A stretch of 64,000 bases of DNA from Narcine bancroftii (Eukaryota), in assembly GCF_036971445.1 (NCBI RefSeq), contig NC_091477.1, positions 15,128,001-15,192,000 of the forward strand, written 5' to 3'. The notes under the pieces are model-generated. The model worked only from the letters and a program-made list of their open reading frames with translations. It did no database searches and was not told the origin of the DNA. A program made the translations under genes and the position numbers. Below are positions 24,726-38,181 of the stretch, piece after piece; position 1 is the stretch's first letter; every line of letters starts with the position of its first letter.

Positions 24726-25454
24726 CAAGATTTCTATGCCCTCAGTCTTCATTGATTGCTCATCTTTGCATTCCTCAATGCTTTGTGTTTTTCTGGCGAG
24801 GAAAATATATTTTGTTTATTGATCAGCCAGGTTGAAGAATCTAATGTTGAATATTATTTGAGTGGGGAGCCAGTGAGCTGGTCCACATGTTTGCCATATC
24901 AACATTTCAAGCGTGCAACTCAGTCCCTTGGTTATTTAAGGAATGAGCACAGAGGGAAAAGCAATTGCTGGAATTGCTACCGTAATCGCCTTGAACCCAT
25001 GGAAACTTTGTTCTTCACATTAATTTTCCATTTAATCCATCAAGAAATAAGCAGTTTGGAGCACCATTTAATTATAAGGAATATACTTATTAACACAAAT
25101 TTATGAATCAAGCGTGTTTTATTTAGTTTTCCCAATTTGTTGAAATGACAATATTCAATATGCTGATAATTAATTGAGCATGCATGAAGTCAATGCAGAC
25201 ATTTGAGGTGGTTGTCCAGATCAATGTGTTTATTCAAGGATATGATGGACTATTTAAAGTATAAGTGCATAGGAGGTATGATGGAATCAAATGTTTTTTC
25301 TGACAAATGTCACTACCACATATTGTAAATGTAATGTGGAATACAAGCCACATTGAAGATATATGGGGGCAAAGAAGTGCTTTTGTGCCTATTTCTCAGC
25401 ACCTTCATTTCACGTCAGACAGACTATTTGCAGACTGCCTGGACTTCTCATATC

Positions 25455-25897
25455 TTTGCGGACGAAGATTTATGGAGGGGTATGTCTACGTCTGCTGCAG
25501 GCTCGTTGGTGACTGACAAGTCCGATGCGGGACAGGCAGGCACGGTTGCAGCGGTTGCAAGGGAAAATTGTGGGTTGGGGTCGGGTGTTGGGTTTTTCCT
25601 CCTTTGTCTTTTGTCAGTGAGGTGGGCTCTGCGGTCTTCTTCCAAGGAGGTTGCTGCCCGCCGAACTGTGAGGCGCCAAGATGCACGGTTGGAGGCGAGA
25701 TCAGCCCACTGGCGGTGGTCAATGGGGCAGGCACCAAGAGATTTCTTTAAGCAGTCCTTGTACCTCTTCTTTGGTGCACCTCTGTCTCGGAGGCCAGGGG
25801 AGAGCTCGCCATAGAACACGATCTTGGGAAGGCGATGGGCCTCCATTCTGGAGACGTGACCCACCCAGCGCAGTTGGGTCTTCAGCAGCATGGATTT
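25455..25897 (-). mobile_element. RTE-clade LINE, 5'-truncated 3' end
   Basis: ORF 25448-25891 reads LKTQLRWVGHVSRMEAHRLPKIVFYGELS...RGAPKKRYKDCLKKSL. About 96% identical to 32958-33395 by manual count. Confidence 0.92.
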
Positions 25898-26449
25898 TAT
25901 GCATCCCGTGGAATGCCGGTGGTCACTCCTAACTTTACATCCACGTGGTAATTGCGATCCAAGGTCTTTTCTACTGTGATCAATGAAACATTTGAAAAAA
26001 AAATCTATTTTTAAAATTAAAAAAACAATAAAAACATAAAGAGAAACAGATTTATTAAAAGCACAAATTAATGAAAAGCATTATTATTAGTTAATAATCA
26101 AGGAGAAAAAAAAAACTTTTTGAAACTAGATCGGAGATAGACCAACAAAATGCAGAACCATTTGGCCTGTTATACCTGTGTCAACTCGTGAACATAACGG
26201 TATGATTTATTACTACACTAAAGCAATCCATAACACTACAAATTTATCATCTTCAGCTTTACTTTTAATTGTATTTTTAATGCTCCTGTGGAATCTGATT
26301 CTACCACTCACCCAGCAAATATGTGTTCCAGATCTTATCATCCTTTTTCTGTGAACAATATTTCTTCTCATTGCCTCCAATTTTTCTGACCTTGAATTTG
26401 TTATCCATTGATACTGACCCATTAACTAAAGGAAATATACTAAAATGCA

Positions 26450-26750
26450 CATCTTGTCCCAGACACACTCTCCTCACCCTCCTTCTATTGGGAAGATTAA
26501 ACAGTGTGAAATCACTTCCTGCCAGATTCAAGGACAGTTTCCCTCCCACTACTTTTATACTACTGAATGAACTTCACGCTAGTAAAGTTTTTACTCTGTT
26601 TGAAATAATCCCTCACCATAATTCCAAGCTCTGTACTGTATTATTCTGCTGCACTTGCGTATGGATAGACTTGCTGGAACACATGCAAAACAAACCTTTC
26701 ACTGTACCTCACACATGACGCCAAACATAAAGATGAAACTTGAACTTGCT
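26450..26750 (+). mobile_element. Rex1/Babar LINE 3' end, nested among CR1 and L1 remnants
   Basis: ARFKDSFP motif and tail CAAAACAAACCTTTCACTGTACCTC...AAACTTGAACTTG. Confidence 0.65.
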
Positions 26751-29700
26751 TTTTCCACCTTGTCTTTTAAAAACCCATGTCATTTTGAATACCTTACTTT
26801 GCCCTCCCCTTAACTTTTTTTTGTAGTGTTTTATTTGTAATTTTAAATATATCGAACAATTAACAACCATACAAAATACAAAACATCGAGAAAAACCCAT
26901 CCTTCCACCCCCTCCTCTCTGTAAGTCCAATTAAACAGGGAAAAAAAACAGAATAATATTGTAGCATCATGTCTCTATATGTTTTAATGTACACCCTTAA
27001 CTTTTATTGCTCTCACAAATGCCAAGAATTTACCACACAGATGAGGAGATAAATTCTGTCCAATTTGTTAAACCGTGATGTTTCTCAATCCTTATATAAT
27101 CTTAGTGAGCTTACTCAATTCTTTTCCCCCCCCCCCACCCTCCCATACATGAGCCTATACATAGGCTCATGGCATTGCATGTACTTTTAGAAACAGAGCA
27201 TAAATGTTTAACGTAGGCTCCTATTTTGTATTCCATCTTGCTGTGTATGAGTGTCCCGTGCCCTCTCAGTGCCTGATCTGTTTGCCTGTTGCCTCAAATG
27301 TTTGTGAATGAATATATATTTATAGACTTATGCCTTTGCTCTTAAACCACAATTATCTTCATTATTTGTGGATATCATCTTTCCAAATGATAAGAGGGGT
27401 TTTGCAAAACTTACAGTTGCACTAATGCAAACTGAGTCAGTTAAAAAAAAAATATGAAATGGAATACCAGGAAGACAAAGATCATTCATAAACCATTTGA
27501 AATTCAGCTTCTTGGTTTATGACATAATTTAAAACCATCAGTAAAATTGCATTTCATTACCTATTCTCAACCATCCATTATTATATCTGATTTTAATTAG
27601 CCACTTGACAAGAATGATAAAAACTATAAAGAAATAGAGATTGCCTGACATTTGTGAAAAAGGAAGGTTTTATTTCAGCAATGATTAGAAATGTAATTTT
27701 TGTCTTAATTTAGAAACTAGTTGATGGCAAGTTTTCTGAATTGCTTCTCATAGAATGAACAGACTTATGGTTAGTTTGGCGAGTTAACCAAAACAAGAGC
27801 ATTGGGTGTCATATGGGACCTCCTGGAATCAATAATATAAATTTGACTATACATATTGTTTTGGTTTATTTTCTTTAAATTTTGTGTCATATCATTTCTG
27901 TTTTTTACCCTAGAAGGAAATTGTATCTTTAATATTCCTTATGATCTGACAAACACTGCATTCTGATTGAAGTCTGATCTGATTCCTCTCACATCACAAA
28001 GTACACTTCATTCCGTTTGCACTATGAAGAAATGACTTGGGATTGTCAGTGCCAACGCAGTTTCAGCTTCGGCTCAGAGGTTAGATATTTCAAAGGCCTC
28101 GGCTGTTCAAAAATATACAACAGAGCTGTGCCAAAGAAGATTTTGTTCCAGTTGGAGCAAGGCAAAATAAAATAACTCACAGAAAGAATTCCACTTTGTG
28201 CATCTGGATCTCAGCAACGGCAATCAATATTGCATGAATCTGCCGAAAGTAATAATGTTCGAATCTCCCCAGTCAGAAACTTTGGTTGTTGTCAGCAACA
28301 TAATCAATTTCTGATTGGTAAGAGATCTCCAGACTGTCTGATTGTAATTTGATGCTTCTGGCATAGAAATCAGTAATGGGATTTTTGTTCTTAAACCTGA
28401 CACCTCAAGGCCTTATTCATGCTAATTAGGAAAAGAAATAATTTTCAAGTGAGTTTTAATGGCTCTTATTGAAAATCAGTGCATTGTGTGTTATGGAGGA
28501 GCTGGATGCCAAATCTACAGCCTATGGTGCCAATGGGAAGGACAGGGTGCATAGAGGACACTGCTGGGGTACTAAGTGGCTGACTCTCACGCACACAGCT
28601 TCCTGTAACTTGCTCCATGTTGTAAGGTGGACGAGATGGAGCAAATCTTCAATTTGAAGCCCAGCACAAGACATGGAGGGCCTAAGGCTAGAGTTTATAT
28701 TAATTTTGCGCAGCTTGGAGAGTTAATCCAAGTGTTTTCTGGCTGCAGAACTTCTCTGGAGCACTTTCATTTCATAACTGTAGACCAGGTCTCTTTAAAA
28801 GCTCCTGCCTAACTGAGTGGATATGGCAGTCAGGATGAATAGATCACTGTGCAATTAATGTATCACCATACATGCCAAGTCAAAGTCATAAATCTCCAAA
28901 GTTCTAACAACTTGGAAGACAGGAAAAGGCTGGCACTCTTCTGTTGAAAAAATGAAATTTGAGAGGTTATCTGATTATGGTCTTGTATATGAAGAAAAGA
29001 AGAGCAGAAAGTATCTCTACTTGTGGGGAAATCCACAGTAGAAGGAATAAAAAGTTCACTGATCAATTCACTAGTTTGTGAATTCATGCAAAGATTACAT
29101 TTTTGAGCTTAGTATTCCATGAATAGGTTGAGGCATATGGCGGAAATATATTATGAGGAGCTGGTTAATTACCTCTTTCGCACTGGAGTCTGATAGCCTC
29201 CATTGAACCTTTGTTGCATCCTGAATCTGACAAGATCTTGGACGACCATTTAATTAAAGTGCCTGAGGAATAAAAGGATGTGATGTTGAAGCCTGATGAA
29301 GTAAGGTTGTGTGGATACATGTGAAGCATAAATATTGATATATAGATTAAGCCAAATGACCCGTTCCTGTATTGTAAGTACTATGAAATACCATTCATGG
29401 TGTGGACGATATTTAAATTACAGTATTTATCATGTGAATTCACTTTCCTGCTGGGTCATTTCCCATTGAGGCATATTGCAGGGGAAGCATTATCTGTGTT
29501 TTATTGTTTTCAGAGTAGGTTACAGGGCTGATGTAGCAGACTTCCAGCAATACTCATTTGACATTCCATGTTTTATCCACTTATTAGATATGCCCATCAT
29601 CAAAAAAAAAGAAGCTTTTTTTTTAAATGCTGAGATGTCTGAAGAGAAAGGTGTTTTCTGGATCTTGGTCAAATTGTATACAGGCCTGTGCAGAACAGAA

Positions 29701-32094
29701 CGTTGTCTATAATTAGACAAAAATTGGCAACGTTTTGACTGCCACATGTGGAAAGGTCAGACGGATGGCATGCGTGAAAAGTGTAGCAGATGATGTCCTT
29801 ATGGGGTTGAGGGTAATGTCAAAACTTGAGGCACAATAAAGAGAAGATTTTAATTTGCAACTAACCTGTGGTCTTAATGTAATATAAATTCTTCATTCAA
29901 GGTATAATATGAAAAAAAGACATCCTACTTATTCTCAAGTAAAAGCCAAGAAGATTTTGTTAATAAGCAAGAGTTACAGGCATTTACCAATTTATAATTT
30001 ATACCAATTTATGGGCAAGGTTCCTGAAAAATGACAGGACAGAATAAACACACTTGCAAAGTGAATGAAATAAAGATATGTAACTGGACAGAATATCAGG
30101 CTATTGCAATCTCAGATCATATGTATTATAAAGGCCACTGGATTTCTTTTCAAAAATATCATGTGATACATTACCTCCCATCAAAAAGTTTATTTCGAAT
30201 GACTATCAAATATTCATTGGGTGCCACATAATACAAAATTTTAAAGCATGATTATTTAATCCATTAGTGGAGTCCTTGGCCAATGGGCCTGTGCCATATA
30301 AATTAACTAACCTCTTCAAAACAAAATAAAATTCTTGTTTCTATGGAGCAATAGACTACTCTTCTAAATAAATGGTGAGTCATTCAGAATGTTTTGCAGC
30401 ACACCTTCCTCATGTTAAACGTAATGAGAGTATAAAAATTCTAAAATAAGCAGGCAGCCTTGTGCTTTCATTACACAGATTTATTCAAGTCGTACATGTA
30501 ACCCTGACAGAATAAATATTAATACTGTACTTACTGTTTGATCTTTAAATGACTAAAACCTATGGCTGTTCGTAATGCAGTATCACCTCCTCCCTGGCAT
30601 AGTGTTAAGAACGGATATCTTTATGTGATGCAATGCAATATATGATTAAGCAGTTTGTATCAGAATATCTACGATTTATCTCGAATTAGGATGTGTGGAC
30701 ACTAAATGTTTTGATTTCATTATCTAGAGATGATATTTCCAGTGGATGTCAGGAAAATGAACAAAGGACACACTTAAGGTATCAGCAGATACTCCTTTGG
30801 GGAAATGTTTAAATGGCAGATCCTTCTGTTCTGCCAGATGAAGATTTTCTTCATGCTCCAAGTGATATATATTGATCAAATCATAACATATCTGACAAAA
30901 ATAGACAGAATTATCTTTGAAGGTCAAAATATTACAGGGATGCATGCATGCATGTTTAAGAGGATATCTTACTTTAAAAAAAAATGTCTAAATAAAGGAA
31001 TTGCATTGAAATGTTCCAAATATTTTGTGAGCCAGGGTGATCACATTTTGTTTGAGCAGAACTTAATTGTTCTAAAACGTATTCTAAATTACTTCTTTAA
31101 GAACTAATTTCAAGGAAAAGGTGAAGAATTGGTCTTCATGGCCATCAGCAGGTTTCTGCTGGCTGTAAATCTTAGTAATTTGGTGTGTTGGCATGACTGA
31201 CAAAACCTTGCAAATTAAACTATTCATGAACCATCTGTTGCAATTTGAGCTCTCCCACAATACTTTTAACTTGTGCTTGCAGCACAGAAGATACTTTCTA
31301 TGAGCCACATAAGTATATGATCTGAAAACTGCATTTATTTGCATGGTGAAAATGAAATAGGAAGTCCCAACGATCCAGCCAGTGGCATATGATCGATCCC
31401 GTGGAATCCTCTCCTGTTCACTTTGCATAACATTCACACGAAAGCAATAAATATTTGTGGTGATTCTACACAGACTCTCAGGTTACGTGCCACGTACTGA
31501 CCACAGCACAAATTTTGGCAAGGAAATATACTTACTCATTATACAGAAGCCAATAAGACCACCAATGGATGTTTAAAAAAATGAAGATTTGATTAATCTG
31601 AATAAGGCTAATGAATCTTGCACTGTTAATACTTTGTAGTCGGATCATCAATAAGTGAGAATTTGAAAGGAACAATCTTTGGATAAGTGAGAAACCAAGT
31701 ATTTGGTCAATTTATATCAGCAGTTCATTTGAAAGCACCTGGATATGAGATTTTCATTGAGTTCCATTTGATGGTCAGTTCATACCTATGCAATTGGTGA
31801 CACACTTTCATTAATGGAGGACACAGATGATGAGGTGGTAATGCCATGATGCGGGCTTTAGAATCCATTATTATCAATGTGAAAGGAAGCACTTGGAAAT
31901 TGGCGAAGAATTTAGGCTGAGATATGAAGAGTTGTCATGTATGGCAAATCTAGCAGAGTGTATTGAGGATTTATTTCATGAGGAAGAAGGGGAGAGTCAA
32001 TGAAATCCTGATAAATTGGGAATGCGAAAGTAAGCCATCACTGTTGATTTCTACTGTTCCTGTGTTGCTGCTTTCAGGGATTTATGAATTTGCA

Positions 32095-32660
32095 CCCCAA
32101 GATCCTCTGTACCATAATGCTCCTCAAGGTTCTGTCATTTACCACATCCTACCCTGTTACTCTTAACCTCCCAGAGGGCTACACCTCACATCTTGTTCTG
32201 ATTAAACTTCATCTGTTATTTCCCCACCCCTATTACCAGCTAATCTAAATCCCTTAATGTCACTTCCTCGCTACCCCCAACTCCACCACATTTTTTTTTC
32301 TGTCATCTGAAAACGGTGAAGGTGATCTCATTAAATATTTAAGATTTCAGAGGATATGATAGTGAGACAAATTTTCCTCTGCCTACGGGATATACAATGG
32401 GCAGCAGGGATAGGAGTTGAGTTGGTTTCTCAGCTTTTTAAAACTGATGAGGAAAATGCTTTTAATTAGTAATCTTTAGAATGATCTACTCCAGAGGGCA
32501 ATAGGCACTCAGTTATTGCGTATGTCATATATGTGGTACATTGAGAATGAAGGGATTTGGAGATCAATTGGGAAAGTGATATAGAAGTAAAATTCAGCCT
32601 TAATATTGAATGGGGCAGCAGACTGGAAGAGCCCCATGTCTACACTAGTTTATGTTCTGA
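32095..32660. mobile_element. Two adjoining CR1 pieces in opposite orientation (32095-32315 minus, 32316-32660 plus)
   Basis: The minus piece runs from reverse QRxLG to reverse F(S/A)DD (GTCATCTGAAAAC). The plus piece starts at GGTGATCTCATT (GDLI) and ends in a CR1 tail. Confidence 0.55.
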
Positions 32661-32934
32661 TGGTCTTGTTCTATTTTAATTGTTGCTTTGAAAATGCAGG
32701 AAATAAAGACCGAGACATGCCTTTTCAGGATTCACAAAACATTTAACAATCAGTAAATATTCTGAATAGTCACTCTCGTCTTGTTCAAAATGTAGTGGGT
32801 TGAAGGCAAATGACAAGGTCCCATGCACAGGAATGTTACAACAATCAGATAACCTTTTTGATTGAAGAATAACTGTTGGCAAGGGCCCGTGCAGCCATGC
32901 AGTTTAAAACCACTATTCCAGATTGCCAGCTACT

Positions 32935-34261
32935 CCTTCCTTTGGCTTGGCTTCGCGGACGAAGATTTATGGAGGGGTATGTCCATCTCTGCTGCAGGCT
33001 CGTTGGTGACTGACAAGTCCGATGCGGGGCAGGCAGGCACGGTTGCAGCGGTTGCAAGGGAAAATTGGTGGGTTGAGGTTGGGTGTTGGGTTTTTCCTCC
33101 TTTGTCTTTTGTCAGTGAGGTGGGCTCTGCGGTCTTCTTCAAAGGAGGTTGCTGCCCGCCGAACTGTGAGGTGCCAAGATGCACGGTTGGAGGCGAGATC
33201 AGCCCACTGGCAGTGGTCAATGTGGCAGGCACCAAGAGATTTCTTTAAGCAGTCCTTGTACCTCTTCTTTGGTGCACTTCTGTCTCGGTGGCCAGTGGAG
33301 AACTCGCCATAGAACACGATCTTGGGAAGGCGATGGTCCTCCATTCTGGAGATGTGACCCACCCAGCGCAGTTGGGTCTTCAGCAGCATGGATTTGATGC
33401 TTACGGATTCTGCCAGCTCGAGTACTTTGATGTTGGTGATGAAGTCATTCCAATGAATGTTGAGGATGGAGCGGAGACAGCGCTGATTGAAGCGTTCTAG
33501 GAGCCGTAGGTGATGCCAGTAGAGGACCCATGATTCGGAGCCGAACAGGAGCGTGGGTATGACAACGGCTCTGTACACGCTGATCATTGTGTGTTTCTTC
33601 AGGTGGTTGTTTTTCCAGACTCTTTTGTGTAGTCTTCCAAAGGAGCTATTTGCCTTGGCAAGTCTGTTGTCTATCTCTTTGTCGATCCTTGCATCAGATG
33701 AAATGGTGCAGCCGAGGTAGGTAAACTAGTTGACTGTTTTGAGTTCAGTGTGGCCGATGGGGATGTGGGGGGGGTTGGTGGTCATGGTGGGGAGCTGGCT
33801 GATGGAGGACCTCAGTTATCTTCAGGCTGACTTCCAGGCCAAACATTTTGGCAGTTTCCACAAAACAGGACGTCATGCGCTGGAGAGCTGGCTCTGAATG
33901 GGCAACTAAAGCGGCAACTTCTGCAGAGAGTAGTTCACGGACAAGTTGTTCTTGTGTCTTGATGTGAGCTTGCAGGCACCGCAGATTGAAGAGTCTGCCA
34001 TACGTGCGGTACCGGATGTAAACACCGTCTTCATTGTTGAAGTCTTTATTGGCTTGTTTCAGCATCATGTTGAAGAAGATAGTAAAGAGGGTTGGTGCGA
34101 GGACGCAACCTTGCTTCACGTCGTTGTCAATGGAGAAGGGTTCGGAGAGCTCATTGCTGTATCTGACCCGACCTTGTTGGTTTTTGTGCAGTTGGATAAC
34201 CATGTTGAGGAACTTGGGGGGGCATCCGAGGCGCTCTAGTATTTACCAAAGCCCTTTCCTG
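32935..34261 (-). mobile_element. RTE-clade LINE, 5'-truncated, disrupted RT plus C-terminal Zn-finger-like motif
   Basis: VKQGCVLAPTLFTIFF, a degenerate catalytic motif (LLSAEVAAL), YRAVVIPTLLFGSESW, QLRWVGHISRM and CNRCNRAC...SHQRAC. 3' end TTTGGCTTGGCTTCGCGGACGAAG. Confidence 0.95.
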
Positions 34262-34390
34262 ATCATGGTGAGGTTCAATGTTGGAAACTTGCCAGCTACT
34301 ACTTTGATGTTAAAGGACAAGGTTATTTAATTCCAGATACAGTCAAAATCTGAAGAGGACATTTTTAAGTCTTTTTATGCTTTAATAACA

Positions 34391-34592
34391 TACAGTAAAA
34401 TCTCCATTTTTTTTGGAATTCAAGCAACCCAAGCAAAGGTCAAAAGATTGTGGAAAATAAATACGAAAAAAATACAAAAGTTTTAAATTGACACCACCGT
34501 GCGGTTACTTCACCAAACTCAAGCAAATGGGAAAATTCACTGGTCTGGCACCTACCAATCCTCATAGGTGCCAGATACTGGGGATTTTAATC
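34391..34592 (+). mobile_element. Tigger-like MITE
   Basis: TACAGTAAAATCTCC...GGAATTCAAGCAACC...GGTGCCAGATACTGGGGATTTTA. Same family as 12944 and 60617. Confidence 0.65.
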
Positions 34593-36127
34593 CTACCTTT
34601 GTGCCATTTTTTGTGAGGTTGCTATTTCTTCATTTCAGACTGAGCATGTTGGGCTTCCCATGAGGTAGGACTTAGCCAAAAGGAGGCAGACCAGGTTGGT
34701 GTCTCTGCACTTCAGCTGGACCACACACAAATATGCACAGCAAAGTCTGAGGACTAAAATGTTGCCCTGTGGGCAAAGCCTTTTTAGAATTTCAGCACTT
34801 CTTAAGAGAACATGCAGCCCATTTTCACAGTATGCATTACTGTTCTGGAACTGTTAAAGGTCAGGACTGTCTTATCTTTGAGATTGGTAAGGCAGATGTG
34901 ATGAAAGGCAAAACAGCTTGGCATGCTTGTATTTGCATATCTTAGGTGTGTTACTCACCAAAGTGACAAAAGTTGATTTGGTTCAAAATTCATAATTCTT
35001 GTATTTTTTATATTACTGGATCACTTTTGATTCTAATCCCTGTGCATGCTCATTTAGACCAGTTTTCCTTCTGTATGTGATATGTGGTGTGGAGCCAATG
35101 CTCACTACAAGCAGACATAATTTGGCATCAGCACGTCATTGGAGTTCCAGCAATCTAATCTTCGTTGGTAATGTCTAGATGACCATGTGCTGAACAGCAA
35201 GGATTGCCTTCCAGGACTGTTACAAGAATCATCAATAACTTTTGGATTAATTGCTTATTGACTTATTCTAACAGTTCCTGCAATTATGGACACAGTTTGT
35301 GCATTCTAGATTTGCTAAAGTTTACAGCAAGTGGCATTCTGAGGTTGCTGGATTATTCTCCACTTAATTTGAATACTGATGTACAGACCAGTTCTTGGCT
35401 AATATAGGTGCATTAATTAGTATTCCCCTTGTGATGCAGCATGGGAGAAGGAATCAAGGGCACAGAGAACAGGACAATTTGCCAGAAGAGGGAACAGAGG
35501 GAGTAAGAGAGCAGCTGCCAGTAGGAGGCTTCATCAGCTAAAGATGTTCCAGAAGTTTTGTGACCTGACCTTCAAGAAGGGATATTCTGTGCAATATTGT
35601 GCTTCAACAAGGTGTCCTTACCAAAACCCATTTGTTGCTACAGCTACAATTCATCTTTCCTTTAAAAGGCTGGCAATAAATAGTACAAGTTAATTGCTAA
35701 CAATTTTGGGCATACACAATGCAGCACAATTATCACAGATTGCACAAAGCAATTATGTTAATTAAAGGGTTAATTAAAGTCTATGGTGTCTGAGACAGAG
35801 TTGATTGATGTTTGTTAATTCTACTTCACAATATCCATGCCCATTTTAGGGAACTTCCAAATTTATTCACCTTTCAAATGACAACACTCCATCCAGACAA
35901 GATCATACAAAGTGCAGAAGATTGGAGAAATGACATAAGGATACGAAAAGTGGGTCTTGTATATGATAATGAAGGAATGCGAAAAAGAAGCATTGGAAAG
36001 CCACTATCTGGCAAAGCTTCAACAACAACAAGTGGTCTCTGTGTGACAAAGATCTTTAGTGTGGTAGAATTAGTCTCCCCACAATCTGCTTTTCATTGTA
36101 ACTGAATAAATCGAGCAATGCATGTTA

Positions 36128-36672
36128 ATAACATAACATAACATAACAATTACAGCACGGAAACAGGCCATTAGGCCCTTCTAGTCCGCACCGAACCAAA
36201 CACCCCTTTCTAGTCCCACCTCCCTGCACAATGCCCATAACCCTCCATCTTCTTCTCATCCATATACCTGTCCAACCTTTTCTTAAATAATACAATTGAC
36301 TCCGCCGCCACTATTTCTCCCGGAAGATCATTCCACACAGCTACCACTCTCTGAGTAAAGAAGTTCCCCCTCATGTTACCTCTAAACCTCTGCCCCTTAA
36401 TTCTTAACTCATGTCCTCTTGTTTTAAACTTTCCTCCTCTTAACGGAAATAGTCTATCCACATCCATTCTGTCTATCCCTTTCATAATCTTAAATACTTC
36501 TATCAAATCCCCTCTCAACCTTCTACGCTCCAAAGAATAAAGACCCAATCTGTCCAATCTCTCCCCATACTCCAGATGCTTAAACCCAGGCAACATTCTG
36601 GTCAACCTTCTCTGCACTCTCTCCACTCTGTTTATATCCTTCCTATAATTAGGTGACCAGAACTGCACACAG
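36128..36672 (-). mobile_element. Young CR1 LINE 3' end with (ATAAC)n tail
   Basis: Uninterrupted frame CVQFWSPNYRKDINRVERVQRRLTRMLPG...SLERRRLRGDLIEVFKIMKG...FFTQRVVAVWNDLP...GRWD. Confidence 0.95.
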
Positions 36673-37047
36673 CCTGAAGTCACAGCCAGCCTATATGTTG
36701 TCAATCTACCACCATTAAAATACAAAGTTAATCTGCAAAGTTTAAGGTGATGAGAACTTTCAAATAATAATAGATTAGATTTGATGTGTGGTGAAAATTG
36801 ATCTAGATAAACATTTTGACAAGATTGCAAGATAAAATTGGCAAAAAAAACATGTTAATTTGTGTCTGAAACATTGGTTCCCATCAACTATGTGCTGTCC
36901 TCCCCCCATCACAACCCAAGTTTTTCTTCCTTTGGCTGTGAAAAAGAATACAAGTGCCTTTGAGGATAGTCAGTGGTTCTTCATGTTGTGTTTCATAATT
37001 AAGGGAACTAAGTATTGCCAACAATCTGACACTGTCACTGAATTGAC

Positions 37048-37094
37048 AAGGGCACATCTGTAGTTCTCAAAGGGCACATCTGTAGTTCTCAAAG
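37048..37094. repeat. Perfect 22-bp tandem duplication
   Basis: AAGGGCACATCTGTAGTTCTCA x2, followed by AAG. Confidence 0.95.
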
Positions 37095-38181
37095 ATGTGC
37101 ATTGCTAAAGAAACCTATTAGCCACATTAGGTCACAGAGGACAATACAGTCACACAACACATCCAAGCGAGTACTGCACAAGACTGATGGTTCTGCAAAT
37201 AATTGTTTATCACAGGTTTTAATGTCTTGGTATTTTTTTTATATGAGATCTTATGATCTCAATGCTGTCTGTCCCTTTAATGAGACCACTTGTCTCTGTA
37301 ATCCATTAGGACTGTTAATGATGACTGTCAGTAACAGGATTAGTTAGTCAGTACCAACCAACTGAGGATGAAATGAATCTTGAACTGAAGAGCAATAAAG
37401 AAAGAGCTACAGCGCAAACTGGTTTTAAACCTCCCCCCCCCCCCCCCAATTTTCTATTTAACTGAAGTTAACAAAGAACCACCTATTCAATTGGTGAACC
37501 ATCTAATTGCCCAACACTCATGCCTCATTTCTGGAACATTTAGTTTGTTACTCATTGGTGCTGGTATACCTGAAAATGCGGATGAATGAGCACAAATCCA
37601 TCTATTCATTATAATTGTTTCACAATAAGGTTTTCAGGTTGATAATGTGGATTTATTTAATAATCAAACAATTTCTTGAAAAATGTTTTCTTCCCCTAAA
37701 TAATTGTTCTTTCAAGTGTCGACAACTTTTTCTACATGCACGCTCCAGATTGCAGCAATGATCTTTACTTTTGGGGAGTACAATTTTCTCTTCAAAAAAT
37801 AATTTCTTCTGTGTCTTCTGAATGGAATATGACATTTCAATTTATATATTGTAATAGTTTAAATTTTGGTTGAGGTGGAATGATTGTGTGTTGCTGTGTA
37901 AAGATTTTCTTACTCACTGGTGATTATACTAAATCAGGTCAGATTCTAGCATTGTAAAAGTGAGTGTTATGCAGATGACATGTTTACTATAATTCCACCA
38001 TGTCTGTGGCAACAAATATATTTTTTACACAGCCGCTGCCTTCTAGGAAATTATTGCCATTTTCATGGAATGCATGCCGTGTAAAAAGGTCAGAACAGGA
38101 ATGAGGTGCCATTCCTGCTCCGATATTTTATCTCCTAGACCCCTAGTAAATTTCCTGGAATGCCTGCAAGTTAACTGATAT

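Noticed and set aside
25353-25932. Overlapping plus-strand ORFs, also at 32862-33500
   Set aside because: They are antisense shadows of the GC-rich RTE coding strand.
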